64,000 nt of DNA from NCBI GenBank assembly GCA_002730095.1, contig PBZE01000019.1, forward strand, positions 9,071 to 73,070, in the 5' to 3' direction. Below are positions 49,083 to 58,483 of this stretch, piece after piece. Origin of the DNA: Methanobacteriota archaeon. Lineage in GTDB: Archaea; Thermoplasmatota; Poseidoniia; Poseidoniales; Thalassarchaeaceae. Made by a program: the position numbers and the translations under genes. Each line of letters starts with the position of its first letter. Within the stretch, counting starts at the first letter, position 1. The notes beneath the pieces were generated by a model that did no database searches, was not told the origin of the DNA, and worked only from the letters and a program-made list of their open reading frames with translations.

Positions 49083-50372
49083 ATGGAAAGGAGGGTCGTA
49101 CCAGTACTGGTTGTCATCTTTATGCTTACTTCTGGATGTATGTCAGAGCCACCAGATCTAGATGGAGACGGGATACCAGATGGTGAAGACTCTGATATCG
49201 ATGGTGACGGATGGGATAATGATGTCGAGTCTAATTGTAGTACTGATCATCTGATCTCCACCAGTGTTCCATCGGATATTGATGGAGACTTGATCTGCGA
49301 CTTCCTTGATAGTGACGATGATGGTGACCTCTGGGGGGACTCCACAGAGGTAGATTGCTCCACAGATCCACTGGACAATCAATCGGTTCCCGAAGATTAC
49401 GATGAAGATAGGATTTGTGATTCATTGGATCTAGATGCTGACGGTGATGGCCTCCCTAATGATTGGGAGCAAGCCAGAGGTTTGGATTATCTGGACAGTG
49501 AGGACTACATCAGTTGCCATGGAATGAGCGAGTACTGTTTGAGAACTTATGATGATTTTACCTTTGCAGAGGCTCATAATGCCTACTCTACTCCAGAAGA
49601 TGGGATTTTAGCAGGTATAAACCACCTCACTGGTTTGCAAAGCCAATGGGATGATGGCATAAGAGCGTTCATGCTCGATGTATACCACTCACAATGGAGT
49701 AATGAGTCTGAACAAGACATAGTTTTCTGTCATAACATAGGGATATTTGATATGCATCCCTGCCAATTCGGATCGGCTGATGCATTCGTTTGGTTGGATA
49801 ACCTAACCTCTCTGCAAGGAAACACCACAGGCGATATTGTCACTCTACTTTTTGAGAATTACGTTCCAGGAAATCATCTAGAATACCTCCTGTCTGAATC
49901 CGGCATTTTGCAGAGGACCTATTTCCATGAAATTGGAACTGAATGGCCATCGATGGGCGATATGATTCTGTCTGGGAAAAACATAGTAATTTTCGTGCAG
50001 TATGGATATGGCGACGAGTATCCGGAACTAATGTCGGCATGGACGCATACTTGGGATACTCCGTATGGAGAATCTGAACCAGAGGAGATGAGTTGTGAAT
50101 TAGGTAGAGGAGATCTGAATCAGCCTGTATGGCATATGAACAACTGGTTGAACACCATGTCAAGGGCTGATCCAACGAAGGCTACAATAGTAAATGAATA
50201 TCAAACATTACTTGAAAGGGCTTTGTTGTGCTGGGAAACTGTAGGTAATAGGCCGACATTCATTGGTGTTGATTATTGGGAGCAAGGGGAGGTGACTAAT
50301 GTGACAATTACACTCAACAAAATGTCAGATTGGTCTGATGAAATACCGCCTCATCCAGCCTCTGTTACCTGA
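49083..50372 (+). CDS. Putative lipoprotein with thrombospondin-type-3-like Ca-binding repeats and a PLC-like phosphodiesterase domain
   Basis: The signal peptide ends in the lipobox LTSGC. There are three D-x-D-x-DG-x-x-D-x-x-D repeats. The downstream domain carries FAEAHNAYS and MLDVYHS, which are PI-PLC X-like. The ORF opens at 48996 and the likely start is MERRVV at 49083. Confidence 0.5.
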   Translation: MERRVVPVLVVIFMLTSGCMSEPPDLDGDGIPDGEDSDIDGDGWDNDVESNCSTDHLISTSVPSDIDGDLICDFLDSDDDGDLWGDSTEVDCSTDPLDNQSVPEDYDEDRICDSLDLDADGDGLPNDWEQARGLDYLDSEDYISCHGMSEYCLRTYDDFTFAEAHNAYSTPEDGILAGINHLTGLQSQWDDGIRAFMLDVYHSQWSNESEQDIVFCHNIGIFDMHPCQFGSADAFVWLDNLTSLQGNTTGDIVTLLFENYVPGNHLEYLLSESGILQRTYFHEIGTEWPSMGDMILSGKNIVIFVQYGYGDEYPELMSAWTHTWDTPYGESEPEEMSCELGRGDLNQPVWHMNNWLNTMSRADPTKATIVNEYQTLLERALLCWETVGNRPTFIGVDYWEQGEVTNVTITLNKMSDWSDEIPPHPASVT

Positions 50373-53339
50373 TTGGGGAGCAATATGGAAATTCTTCATC
50401 CCAAGGTCCAGGGCCTTATTGATAGTAGGAATTGGAGGCTTTCCTCGATACAGAGTTCATCGATGGAGGATCTAGTCTCTGGACTCGACAGGGTTCTGGT
50501 GTCACCTACTGGGAGTGGGAAAACAGAGGCTGCGATCCTACCTTTGGCATCTAGGTTTCTTACAGAGGGATGGGATGGACTATCCATTCTCTACATTACC
50601 CCCCTGAGGGCTTTGAACAGGGACATTGACAGGAGGCTAGCTGAAATGCTAGAGCCATTAGGCATTACCGTAGGACTGAGACATGGGGATACTACACAGA
50701 AAGAGAGGACTAGGCAGTCTAAGAATCCACCAAATCTACTAGTTACAACTCCAGAGACTGCTCAAATAATGCTTCTCGGAAGTAGATTGAGGAGGCATTT
50801 GTCTGGATTAAACGCAGTGATACTAGATGAAGTGCATGACCTAGCTTCATCCGAGAGAGGCGCTCAACTATTGGTCGCTCTTGAAAGAATCAATGAGTAT
50901 TGTCCAGATAGTTTTCAGAGAATTGGACTCTCTGCGACAGTTGGGAATCCTGACGAGACTGCTAAATGGCTGTCAAAGGAAGCTATAGCAATTATCGGAC
51001 CTTCGCCAAGAACAACTGAGGTACTGGTTCACAGAGAAGTGCCCAATCCTTCGGATGAAGCTGAATCAATTATTTGGTCGAGCTCGCCACATTCAGTTGC
51101 CGCGCATAGAAGACTAGCTAAATCTCTCTCTGAAGACTATCCTGCGTTGGTTTTCGTGAACTCGCGCAATGCAGCAGAATCGGTTTCTCAGCGCCTAAGG
51201 GGGATTGATCCGGATTTGAAATTGGGCGTCCATCATGGAAGTCTAGCCGCCGAGACTAGGATGGAAATGGAGGAAAGCCTGAGAAACGGAATTTTGAATG
51301 CTATAGTTTGTACTAGTAGTCTCGAGCTCGGTATAGACATTGGTTCAATTAAGAGAGTCCACCAAATACAGAGCCCTAGAGCTGTTGATCGACTTCTCCA
51401 AAGAATGGGGAGAGCGGAGCATAATATCGGTGGAACAGGAAGGGGGGAATTACTAGCTTGGGAAACTGACGAAGTCGCTGAAGGAGCAGTAATTGCTAGA
51501 AAGGCCATGTCCGGAGAAATAGAAGGTGTTGAATGGAGAAACAATCCGGGAATAGTTGCCGCAAATCAGTTTATGCAGATGTCAATCGAGAGAGGAGTAG
51601 TTCCGATTTGCTTGGCAACAGAAATTATAGCAAGATGCTCAATATTCAAGAAATGGAGTAGGGCAGATACTGTCTCTCTACTGAAAGTACTTAGTGACAG
51701 GTGGATGATAAATTTCGTAGAGTCGCCGAGTGATTCTGACGTTACTTCATGGCCACGTAAGCTTTGGTCTGAATTGGTGAAAATTACCGAAGGTGATGCT
51801 CCTCTGGAGAGGCCGGGGTGGGATGAAGAAATTGATGATACTAAGAAAGAACGATGGAGGAGGCAGCTTGTATCGGGCCTCCCAGAGGCTCTGAAGAAGG
51901 GATGGTTCTCACCTTCATCCAGACTCGGTAAAAATCGAGTTGACCATATCTCGATGATTCCCGATGAGCTATCTTACAGAGTTAGAGACGCGGTGGGAAG
52001 GGGCGTCTTAGGTTCTGTGGACGAGGCTTTCGTCTTGTCCCTAGGGGGAGAAGACGAGGGCGGTGGAAAGAGAAGTAGGACTTTCGTGATGGCTGGAAGA
52101 ACCTGGCAAATTGTCGATGCAGATCCGGATCAAGAGGAGATTCTGGTTATCCCAATCAATGATTCTGGTGAAGTTCCTGTATGGTCAGGAGAGTTGCCAC
52201 CTGTTCCGATTGAAGTCGCCATGGAAGTCGGGATGCTGAGAAGATCGATTGCTGTAGCCATAGGTGCTTCCAATGGTGAAGCTCGGGAACTTGGTGAATA
52301 CCCCCTATCCGATGAGGCGCGCAATCACCTCATCAGTACTGTGACAGAACATTACGATTCATCAGGAATAATTCCAGATGAGAATACCGTAACAGTTTCA
52401 GAAGGTGATGGAGCAATAATTGTGAATACTTGCAGGGGCTCTAGAGTGAACGAAACACTTGGCCATCTCCTACAAGCTATGGGATCTTTGAAGGATGGAA
52501 AGATGGGCAGGTCAACAATTGATCCATATAGAATCTCCCTCCAAGTCCCATCACTATCCGCGGACGATGTTGTAAACCTTCTCAAAGAAACACCAGCCTC
52601 ATCGATTCCTTCGATAATGTGGATGACCATCCCCAATGGCAGAGCAATTAGATGGAGGGTGGTCCAAGTTGCTAGGAAGATGGGGATTCTACAGAAGGGC
52701 ACCGATCCAAGGAAGGTTAATCTCGAGGGTTTAATGCAAAGATACAGGGGGACTCCGGTCATCGAGGAGTCTCTCGAGAAGCTCTTCCACGAGAGGATGG
52801 ATATCGATGGAACTCAGGATCTTTTTCGACAAATATCCAATGGCGAGGTAGAAGTTCATCGAACCGCACCAGGGAGGCTTGGAAGGTCTCCGAGAGCAGA
52901 GATGGACTTGTTGCTTCCAGCATGGAGCGATATCGAGATTAGAGAGAGGCTAGAGACTCGTTTACTCAATGAGAGGGCAATTCTGATTTGTCTTAATTGT
53001 GAAGGCAAAACTAGGAGGAGAGTCGCGAGGATGGAACAGATCTCGCCTTGTTCAACCTGTGGAGGAACCATGCAGGCCTGTGCACCAGAAAGATTGGAAA
53101 AAATCCTACTAGATAGGATACGAAGTTCTGATGTGAAGACTAAAGGTAAGGTCCAGAGGAATGCCGAGCTTGTCAGAACGCATGGTCAAGATGCGATTTT
53201 GTGCCTGATGGGCAGAGGGGTCGGGGAGGAGACAGCAACTAGAATTTTGAGAGGGCCTCCTGGAGATAGGGTCAGATTACTACGATCCATTCATAACTCG
53301 GAGTTGCAATATGCTAGGACTCGTCCATTCTGGCGCTAG
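50373..53339 (+). CDS. lhr: Lhr-family large ATP-dependent helicase (DEAD/DEAH box) with C-terminal zinc ribbon
   Basis: It has helicase motif I (SPTGSGKTEAA) and motif II (DEVH). The 988-aa length fits Lhr. The C-terminal CLNCEG...CSTCGG forms the zinc ribbon. Confidence 0.8.
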   Translation: MGSNMEILHPKVQGLIDSRNWRLSSIQSSSMEDLVSGLDRVLVSPTGSGKTEAAILPLASRFLTEGWDGLSILYITPLRALNRDIDRRLAEMLEPLGITVGLRHGDTTQKERTRQSKNPPNLLVTTPETAQIMLLGSRLRRHLSGLNAVILDEVHDLASSERGAQLLVALERINEYCPDSFQRIGLSATVGNPDETAKWLSKEAIAIIGPSPRTTEVLVHREVPNPSDEAESIIWSSSPHSVAAHRRLAKSLSEDYPALVFVNSRNAAESVSQRLRGIDPDLKLGVHHGSLAAETRMEMEESLRNGILNAIVCTSSLELGIDIGSIKRVHQIQSPRAVDRLLQRMGRAEHNIGGTGRGELLAWETDEVAEGAVIARKAMSGEIEGVEWRNNPGIVAANQFMQMSIERGVVPICLATEIIARCSIFKKWSRADTVSLLKVLSDRWMINFVESPSDSDVTSWPRKLWSELVKITEGDAPLERPGWDEEIDDTKKERWRRQLVSGLPEALKKGWFSPSSRLGKNRVDHISMIPDELSYRVRDAVGRGVLGSVDEAFVLSLGGEDEGGGKRSRTFVMAGRTWQIVDADPDQEEILVIPINDSGEVPVWSGELPPVPIEVAMEVGMLRRSIAVAIGASNGEARELGEYPLSDEARNHLISTVTEHYDSSGIIPDENTVTVSEGDGAIIVNTCRGSRVNETLGHLLQAMGSLKDGKMGRSTIDPYRISLQVPSLSADDVVNLLKETPASSIPSIMWMTIPNGRAIRWRVVQVARKMGILQKGTDPRKVNLEGLMQRYRGTPVIEESLEKLFHERMDIDGTQDLFRQISNGEVEVHRTAPGRLGRSPRAEMDLLLPAWSDIEIRERLETRLLNERAILICLNCEGKTRRRVARMEQISPCSTCGGTMQACAPERLEKILLDRIRSSDVKTKGKVQRNAELVRTHGQDAILCLMGRGVGEETATRILRGPPGDRVRLLRSIHNSELQYARTRPFWR

Positions 53340-53372
53340 AAAGCCCTATTTCTTGTATGCCTTCCGAGAGGT

Positions 53373-53924
53373 GTGCTTGTCGGACTAACTGGCCGTAACG
53401 CTTCAGGTAAAACCACTGTGGTCAATTGGTTTTCTTCGAAGGGAGTGAAGACTACTTCGTGCTCAGATTCCATCAGGTCTTGGCTCTCGGAGCAGGGAAT
53501 CCAAGAGAGTAGGGACACACTGATTGAGGGAGGGAGGGAGCTTCGCAGAAGAGGAGGAGCGGGCATTCTTGCGGAAATGCTGCTAGAGTCCTTGGGCGGC
53601 GAAGATGCCGTGATTGATTCAATTAGAACTCCTGGTGAAGTAGAGGCACTCAGAGAGAGGAGTGATTTTATTCTAATTGAGATAAGAGCTGGTGTTGATT
53701 CTAGATGGAAGAGATCACAAGATAGGGGGAGAATAGGTGACCCCACAGAGAAGGCGAAATTTCTTGCACAGGAGAAGACTGAGGAAGTAGCTGTGGATGA
53801 TGCTGGACAGGCCCTAAACGCTACTGCAGCCATGTGCGATATGGTTATCATTAACGAAGGAGGAATCGAGGACTTGTATTCTGATTTGGAAGACCTATGG
53901 CCGACACTCACTAAACTTGCCTGA
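53373..53924 (+). CDS. P-loop nucleotide kinase, dephospho-CoA kinase (CoaE)-like
   Basis: It has the Walker A motif VGLTGRNASGKTT and a CoaE-like layout. The opposite-strand ORF 53336..53911 is judged spurious. Confidence 0.55.
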   Translation: MLVGLTGRNASGKTTVVNWFSSKGVKTTSCSDSIRSWLSEQGIQESRDTLIEGGRELRRRGGAGILAEMLLESLGGEDAVIDSIRTPGEVEALRERSDFILIEIRAGVDSRWKRSQDRGRIGDPTEKAKFLAQEKTEEVAVDDAGQALNATAAMCDMVIINEGGIEDLYSDLEDLWPTLTKLA

Positions 53925-54348
53925 CGCTTACCTTAGCTTCGGACATCATTGACATGGCAATCGCGAAGTCATCCTGCCACCTGTCTGGTATGTCCAACTC
54001 CTTTGGAAAAACTACTTCCTCAATACCTGCTTGAATTAGAGACCTAGTGCATCTAGAACAGGGTGGCCAAGTTACATAGGCAGTATTGCCCTTTAGGGAG
54101 ACGCCGACTCTCGCGGCATGCATAATTGCATTCTCCTCTGCATGACAAATTAGCGGGTACTTCTGAGCCCTGTCCGAAAGTCTTCCATTGTCATCCTCTA
54201 TTCCTCTTGGGAAACCATTGAATCCAGTTGACCTGATCTCTCTATCTTCGCCCACCACTACACATCCAACCTTCGTTGAAGGGTCCTTACTCCACAGTGA
54301 GATGTGTTTTGCTAACTCCAAGAATCTCTTATCCCACTTGTCACTCAT
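53911..54348 (-). CDS. dCMP (deoxycytidylate) deaminase, ComEB-like
   Basis: The zinc site reads CHAEENAI and PCSRC. The ORF extends to 54489 and the likely start is MSDKWDK at 54348. Confidence 0.75.
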   Translation of the reverse strand: MSDKWDKRFLELAKHISLWSKDPSTKVGCVVVGEDREIRSTGFNGFPRGIEDDNGRLSDRAQKYPLICHAEENAIMHAARVGVSLKGNTAYVTWPPCSRCTRSLIQAGIEEVVFPKELDIPDRWQDDFAIAMSMMSEAKVSVRQV

Positions 54349-54358
54349 TTCGTCACCT

Positions 54359-54703
54359 CTATCTTCCACTTGGGGGGTCGTTATCTCTGTTGGCCTCGGT
54401 CCTGTTCTCGTCGTAACCTTCCCAGAGTTCTGGATTATTATAGCAATCGGGATCATCCTGATCAGCTTGCCCTCCATTGTCGTTGTCAATCCCGTCGCCG
54501 CAATTTCCTGATTTGTCGGATACAGGATTGAGAATACTCTCTCCTGCTTCGGTAGTCAAGAGAGCCAGCAATACCCCTGAGAGGACTATTACTAGGGAGA
54601 TCAAAATAACCTTGGAAGCAGTATCCCTGGATTCCACTACTACTTTTATTTCCGGCTTGGACTCACTCTTACCTGACATCGATGGGTTACGAGGAGAGGT
54701 CAT
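54359..54703 (-). CDS. Small membrane protein with an Asp-rich Cys-bracketed extracytoplasmic loop
   Basis: A TM helix is followed by GNCGDGIDNDNGGQADQDDPDCYNN. I recognise no motif. Confidence 0.35.
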   Translation of the reverse strand: MTSPRNPSMSGKSESKPEIKVVVESRDTASKVILISLVIVLSGVLLALLTTEAGESILNPVSDKSGNCGDGIDNDNGGQADQDDPDCYNNPELWEGYDENRTEANRDNDPPSGR

Positions 54704-54716
54704 CGTACTTGGCTTC

Positions 54717-55934
54717 TTAGTGGATTGTCATTACTTTTCTAGTATCCATGCCTCTATCGGTTGCTACTTTAGAAATAATTTCGCCCATTAGGTATATGCT
54801 TCCAGTTACTAGTAACGTACCACTGCCCTGAAGTGCTAACTTCAAGCTCTCCCCTAGTGCTAATGAGGGGTCTGCTATCGGAATAGCGAGCTTGATCGAG
54901 GGGCATTCAGAAAGAATGGTCTCGATCAAGACCTCGGGGGAGACAGAAGGCTTCCTTCCTGACTTAACCTGTGTGATGATTACCTTTGGTGGCGTTTCTC
55001 TTTCGACTATCGCTCTTGAGAGGGCCTTCATAGTTTCTTGAATCTCATCCTTCTCAATCATAGCCATCAGAATTACTTCGATATTTGGCGTTTCTCTGAT
55101 ATCATTCTCCATGCTCTCCGGATTATGGGCGGCACTGAACTTCAAATCAACACCCTCGAACCATGAGGACCCAAATCCGGGAGACCGACCGGGCCATACA
55201 CAATCCAAGGGATCATTTTTCCAGCCAAAGTAATCAGAAACCATTGAGACAATTTGCGAGTATGCATTCCATTTACTGAGATCGCTTCGCAAGGTGACCC
55301 ATCGGAGATCGTTTCCAGCCTTCCCTTCTATTATTCTCTGAACTTCTGGCCTTTCTGGCATAATTGATATCAATGGAAATCCAGGCCTATGGATGGCTGC
55401 CTTCTCTCTTGCGATTTCTTCGATTGTCTCCCCCAAATATTCAGAGTGGTCCATTGAGATGGTAGTCAGTATGGCCATGTCTGCCTCAACAAGTCTTGTC
55501 GCGTCCATTCGTCCTCCCATTCCTGTCTCGATAATCGCTCTTTCGACTCCAAAATCACTGAAAATGACCATTGAGGCAAGAAAGGTGGTCTCGAAGTAAG
55601 TGGGGGAAATGGGAGGGTTCTGCTCCGAGGCCGCCATGACTTTGGCCAGTGCCTCGTCAAAATGTAGTGGGTGGATTGGTTCTCCATCGATCCTAATCCT
55701 TTCTTCGACCATCACAAGATGTGGAGATGTGAATAATCCTGTCTTGGCCCCATTGGCAGTAGACGCTGCGGATAACTGGGCGCAAAGAGACCCCTTTCCA
55801 TTCGTTCCTGCTACATGTATTGAGGGAAATGATAACTGTGGATTCCCCAGTCTAGAGAGGATTTCAATTGTATTTTCCAGTCCTAGCTTGATACCCATAT
55901 TTGTCCTGTCCTCGAACCAAGTGCGGCTAGACAT
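54717..55934 (-). CDS. folC: Folylpolyglutamate synthase / dihydrofolate synthase (Mur ligase family)
   Basis: Motifs HVAGTNGKGS and DATR, and the overall FolC layout, are present. Confidence 0.8.
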   Translation of the reverse strand: MSSRTWFEDRTNMGIKLGLENTIEILSRLGNPQLSFPSIHVAGTNGKGSLCAQLSAASTANGAKTGLFTSPHLVMVEERIRIDGEPIHPLHFDEALAKVMAASEQNPPISPTYFETTFLASMVIFSDFGVERAIIETGMGGRMDATRLVEADMAILTTISMDHSEYLGETIEEIAREKAAIHRPGFPLISIMPERPEVQRIIEGKAGNDLRWVTLRSDLSKWNAYSQIVSMVSDYFGWKNDPLDCVWPGRSPGFGSSWFEGVDLKFSAAHNPESMENDIRETPNIEVILMAMIEKDEIQETMKALSRAIVERETPPKVIITQVKSGRKPSVSPEVLIETILSECPSIKLAIPIADPSLALGESLKLALQGSGTLLVTGSIYLMGEIISKVATDRGMDTRKVMTIH

Positions 55935-55984
55935 AGGATAATTCCTGCGCTGTTAAGCAGTAGGCGCGAACGGGTCAAGGTGAT

Positions 55985-57097
55985 ATGGCCCTTGAACTTC
56001 GTGCAAGCATGACCGAGGGGGGCGGAGGTGTTGTGCTAGCCGCAATGAGGGAGCAATGGGCCTCTATGACAGGAATGGCGTGCATGTTTGTATCCACTAT
56101 CCTCATCGGCCTAAGCATTCAACCGATATACAACGTTCCCGAGGCTAGGGCTTTCGGAGAGGAGGGGGCTAGCACAGCTAGTTTCGTGTTGTTCGAACTG
56201 ATCATGATTGGCGTATTCACCGTTGCGATAATTTGGTTGGCGAGAAGAAACTTTGACCTTATGATCACACTTATTGTTTATTTCGCCCTTTCCATGAGTT
56301 TATTCTACGCAATCCAACCTTACATCGCCTTGCCTTTCTGGTTAGTTGGTTGGGAGTGGATGTTGGGTCTGAATGTAGCTCTGATTTCAGTGGCACTCAG
56401 TTTAGGCTTGATGATACTTCTGTACCGTTTCCCAGAGTGGTATGTCGTAAATGGAGTAGGTGTCCTAGTTGGAGCTGGAGTCGTCACACTCATAGGCGTG
56501 TCTTTCGTTCCAGTATTGATAATTGGATTCATGGTTGCAGCGGCTATTTACGACCACTGGGCTGTCAATGGGAGCAAGCACATGCTAGAACTGGCTGACA
56601 CTATGATTGGACTGAAGCTTCCAGTCCTCCTCGTGGCCCCCAAGAGTGCTAATTACTCATTCATCGATGAAGAGGACAGTGTCATGGGTGAAGACAGGGG
56701 CGAAACGAGAGATCAGATAGACTGGGACGATCCGGTGCCTCATCTAGAGAATGTAAAGGTGAAGAAGGAGGGCAGAGATGCCCTTTTTATGGGCCTAGGA
56801 GATGTTATATTCCCAGGAATGCTAGTCATATCATCGGTCTCATTCCTACCTCAAACCGGAGGAGAAGTCACTTATTTCAGCGCTTTTGGAGTCATGTATG
56901 CCGATCCTTTGATTGTGGCATTGGGCACCTTGTTTGGTGGACTGTTAGGATATTTCGCACTAATGACACAAGTAGCTATGGGTAAGCCACAGGCGGGCCT
57001 TCCATTGTTGAATGGGGGCTCCATTCTAGGATACCTAGTATCCGGATATTTCGCCCTCGGAATAGGAAATCTTTGGCAAGACATCACGTTCTTCTGA
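55985..57097 (+). CDS. Presenilin / signal-peptide-peptidase family intramembrane aspartyl protease (A22)
   Basis: YD (AAAIYDHW), GxGD (MGLGDVIFPG) and a PAL-like AGLP motif sit in consecutive TM helices. The protein has about 9 TM helices. Confidence 0.6.
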   Translation: MALELRASMTEGGGGVVLAAMREQWASMTGMACMFVSTILIGLSIQPIYNVPEARAFGEEGASTASFVLFELIMIGVFTVAIIWLARRNFDLMITLIVYFALSMSLFYAIQPYIALPFWLVGWEWMLGLNVALISVALSLGLMILLYRFPEWYVVNGVGVLVGAGVVTLIGVSFVPVLIIGFMVAAAIYDHWAVNGSKHMLELADTMIGLKLPVLLVAPKSANYSFIDEEDSVMGEDRGETRDQIDWDDPVPHLENVKVKKEGRDALFMGLGDVIFPGMLVISSVSFLPQTGGEVTYFSAFGVMYADPLIVALGTLFGGLLGYFALMTQVAMGKPQAGLPLLNGGSILGYLVSGYFALGIGNLWQDITFF

Positions 57098-57150
57098 TGA
57101 TTTCTCCCGATTCCTTGAAAGTCGATAGTGATGTGGAGGAGTCGATAATT

Positions 57151-58437
57151 GTGCTAGACATTACCATGTTCCGTGAAAATGCGGACCTCATTAGGGCTGA
57201 TCACGATAGGAGAGGGATTCCTCACGACTCGATAGATGAAATAATCAGACTTGATGAGGAATGGCGAAAATCACAGTATGATGCTGATCAGATAAGAAGA
57301 GAGAGGAACGTAGCTGCGAAGGGCATTGCAGAAGCGAAGAAGTCTGGTGATTCTGTCAGAGCGGAGGAGATTCTGTCGGAAGTAGCCGATCTGGGAGAGC
57401 GAATCGCAGAACTAGGCGCAATAGCCGATGAGTGTCTCCGAGAGAGGGATAGTCTGAGAATGAAGGTTCCAAACATCCTACATCCAGATGTACCGATTGG
57501 AGAAGACGATCAGAAGAATACGCTCCATAGCCTCCATGGGGACAAGCCGAGTCTTGATTTCGAACCTAGGAACCATAACGACATGATTGAGATGAACGGC
57601 TGGGTTGACCAGGCGAGAGGCGCGAAAGTCGCAGGTAGTAGATTCTACTTCATGCAAGGAGATCTAGCTCGAATGGAAATGGCTCTGCAACAATACTCTG
57701 CTGATTTCTTGATAGAAAGGGGCTACACCCTAGTACAGCCTCCTTTGATGATGAACAGGGAGGCATATGAAGGAGTGACCGATCTATCTGACTTCGAGAC
57801 GGTAATGTATGGAATCGAGCCAGATAGCTACTACCTTATTGCTACTAGCGAACATCCTCTAACAGCAATGAGGATGGATGAAGTGATTGAGCCAAATGAG
57901 CTCCCTATCAAACTCGTTGGAGTTTCTCCGTGCTTTCGAAGGGAGGTGGGTGCCCATGGACTATCAGATAGGGGAATCTGGAGGGTTCATCAATTCACGA
58001 AGGTCGAGCAGATAGTTATCTGCCATCCAGATGATTCGTGGGGCCATCATGAGGAGTTGCTGCAGAATGCTGTAGATCTCTGGGACAGCCTAGGCTTGCA
58101 TTACAGGGTGGTGAATATCTGTACAGGAGACATGGGGACTGTCGCTGCGAAGAAATACGACCTTGAGGCTTGGTTGCCGGGTGCCGATTCCTACAAGGAG
58201 GTTGTTTCGTGCTCCAACTGCACCGACTATCAGGCTAACAGACTCAAGATTAGATTTAGAACGAATGAGGGGAATGAATCTGTCCATACACTGAATTCCA
58301 CAGCGGTGGCAACGAGTAGGGCATTGGTCGCCATAATGGAGCAGAACCAATTAGAGGACGGCAGAGTCTCGGTTCCTGAAGTCCTGAGGCCTTACATGGG
58401 TGGGCAAGAAATATTGGAAAAACTCAGCAGTCTATGA
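57151..58437 (+). CDS. serS: Seryl-tRNA synthetase
   Basis: The N-terminal coiled-coil arm and class II motifs are present (RFRREVGAHG-like and GTVAAKKYDLEAWLPG). The start is either GTG at 57151 (VLDITMFRENADL) or ATG at 57166. Confidence 0.85.
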   Translation: MLDITMFRENADLIRADHDRRGIPHDSIDEIIRLDEEWRKSQYDADQIRRERNVAAKGIAEAKKSGDSVRAEEILSEVADLGERIAELGAIADECLRERDSLRMKVPNILHPDVPIGEDDQKNTLHSLHGDKPSLDFEPRNHNDMIEMNGWVDQARGAKVAGSRFYFMQGDLARMEMALQQYSADFLIERGYTLVQPPLMMNREAYEGVTDLSDFETVMYGIEPDSYYLIATSEHPLTAMRMDEVIEPNELPIKLVGVSPCFRREVGAHGLSDRGIWRVHQFTKVEQIVICHPDDSWGHHEELLQNAVDLWDSLGLHYRVVNICTGDMGTVAAKKYDLEAWLPGADSYKEVVSCSNCTDYQANRLKIRFRTNEGNESVHTLNSTAVATSRALVAIMEQNQLEDGRVSVPEVLRPYMGGQEILEKLSSL

Positions 58438-58483
58438 GTACTTGGAAATCATACAATGTCACTGGATGATGAGATATAATACA

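Noticed and set aside
53336-53911. 191-aa minus-strand ORF that completely overlaps the CoaE-like kinase gene
   Set aside because: It is S/P/A/L-rich low-complexity sequence with no motif, while the plus-strand frame has a clear Walker A and kinase layout. It is an antisense shadow ORF.
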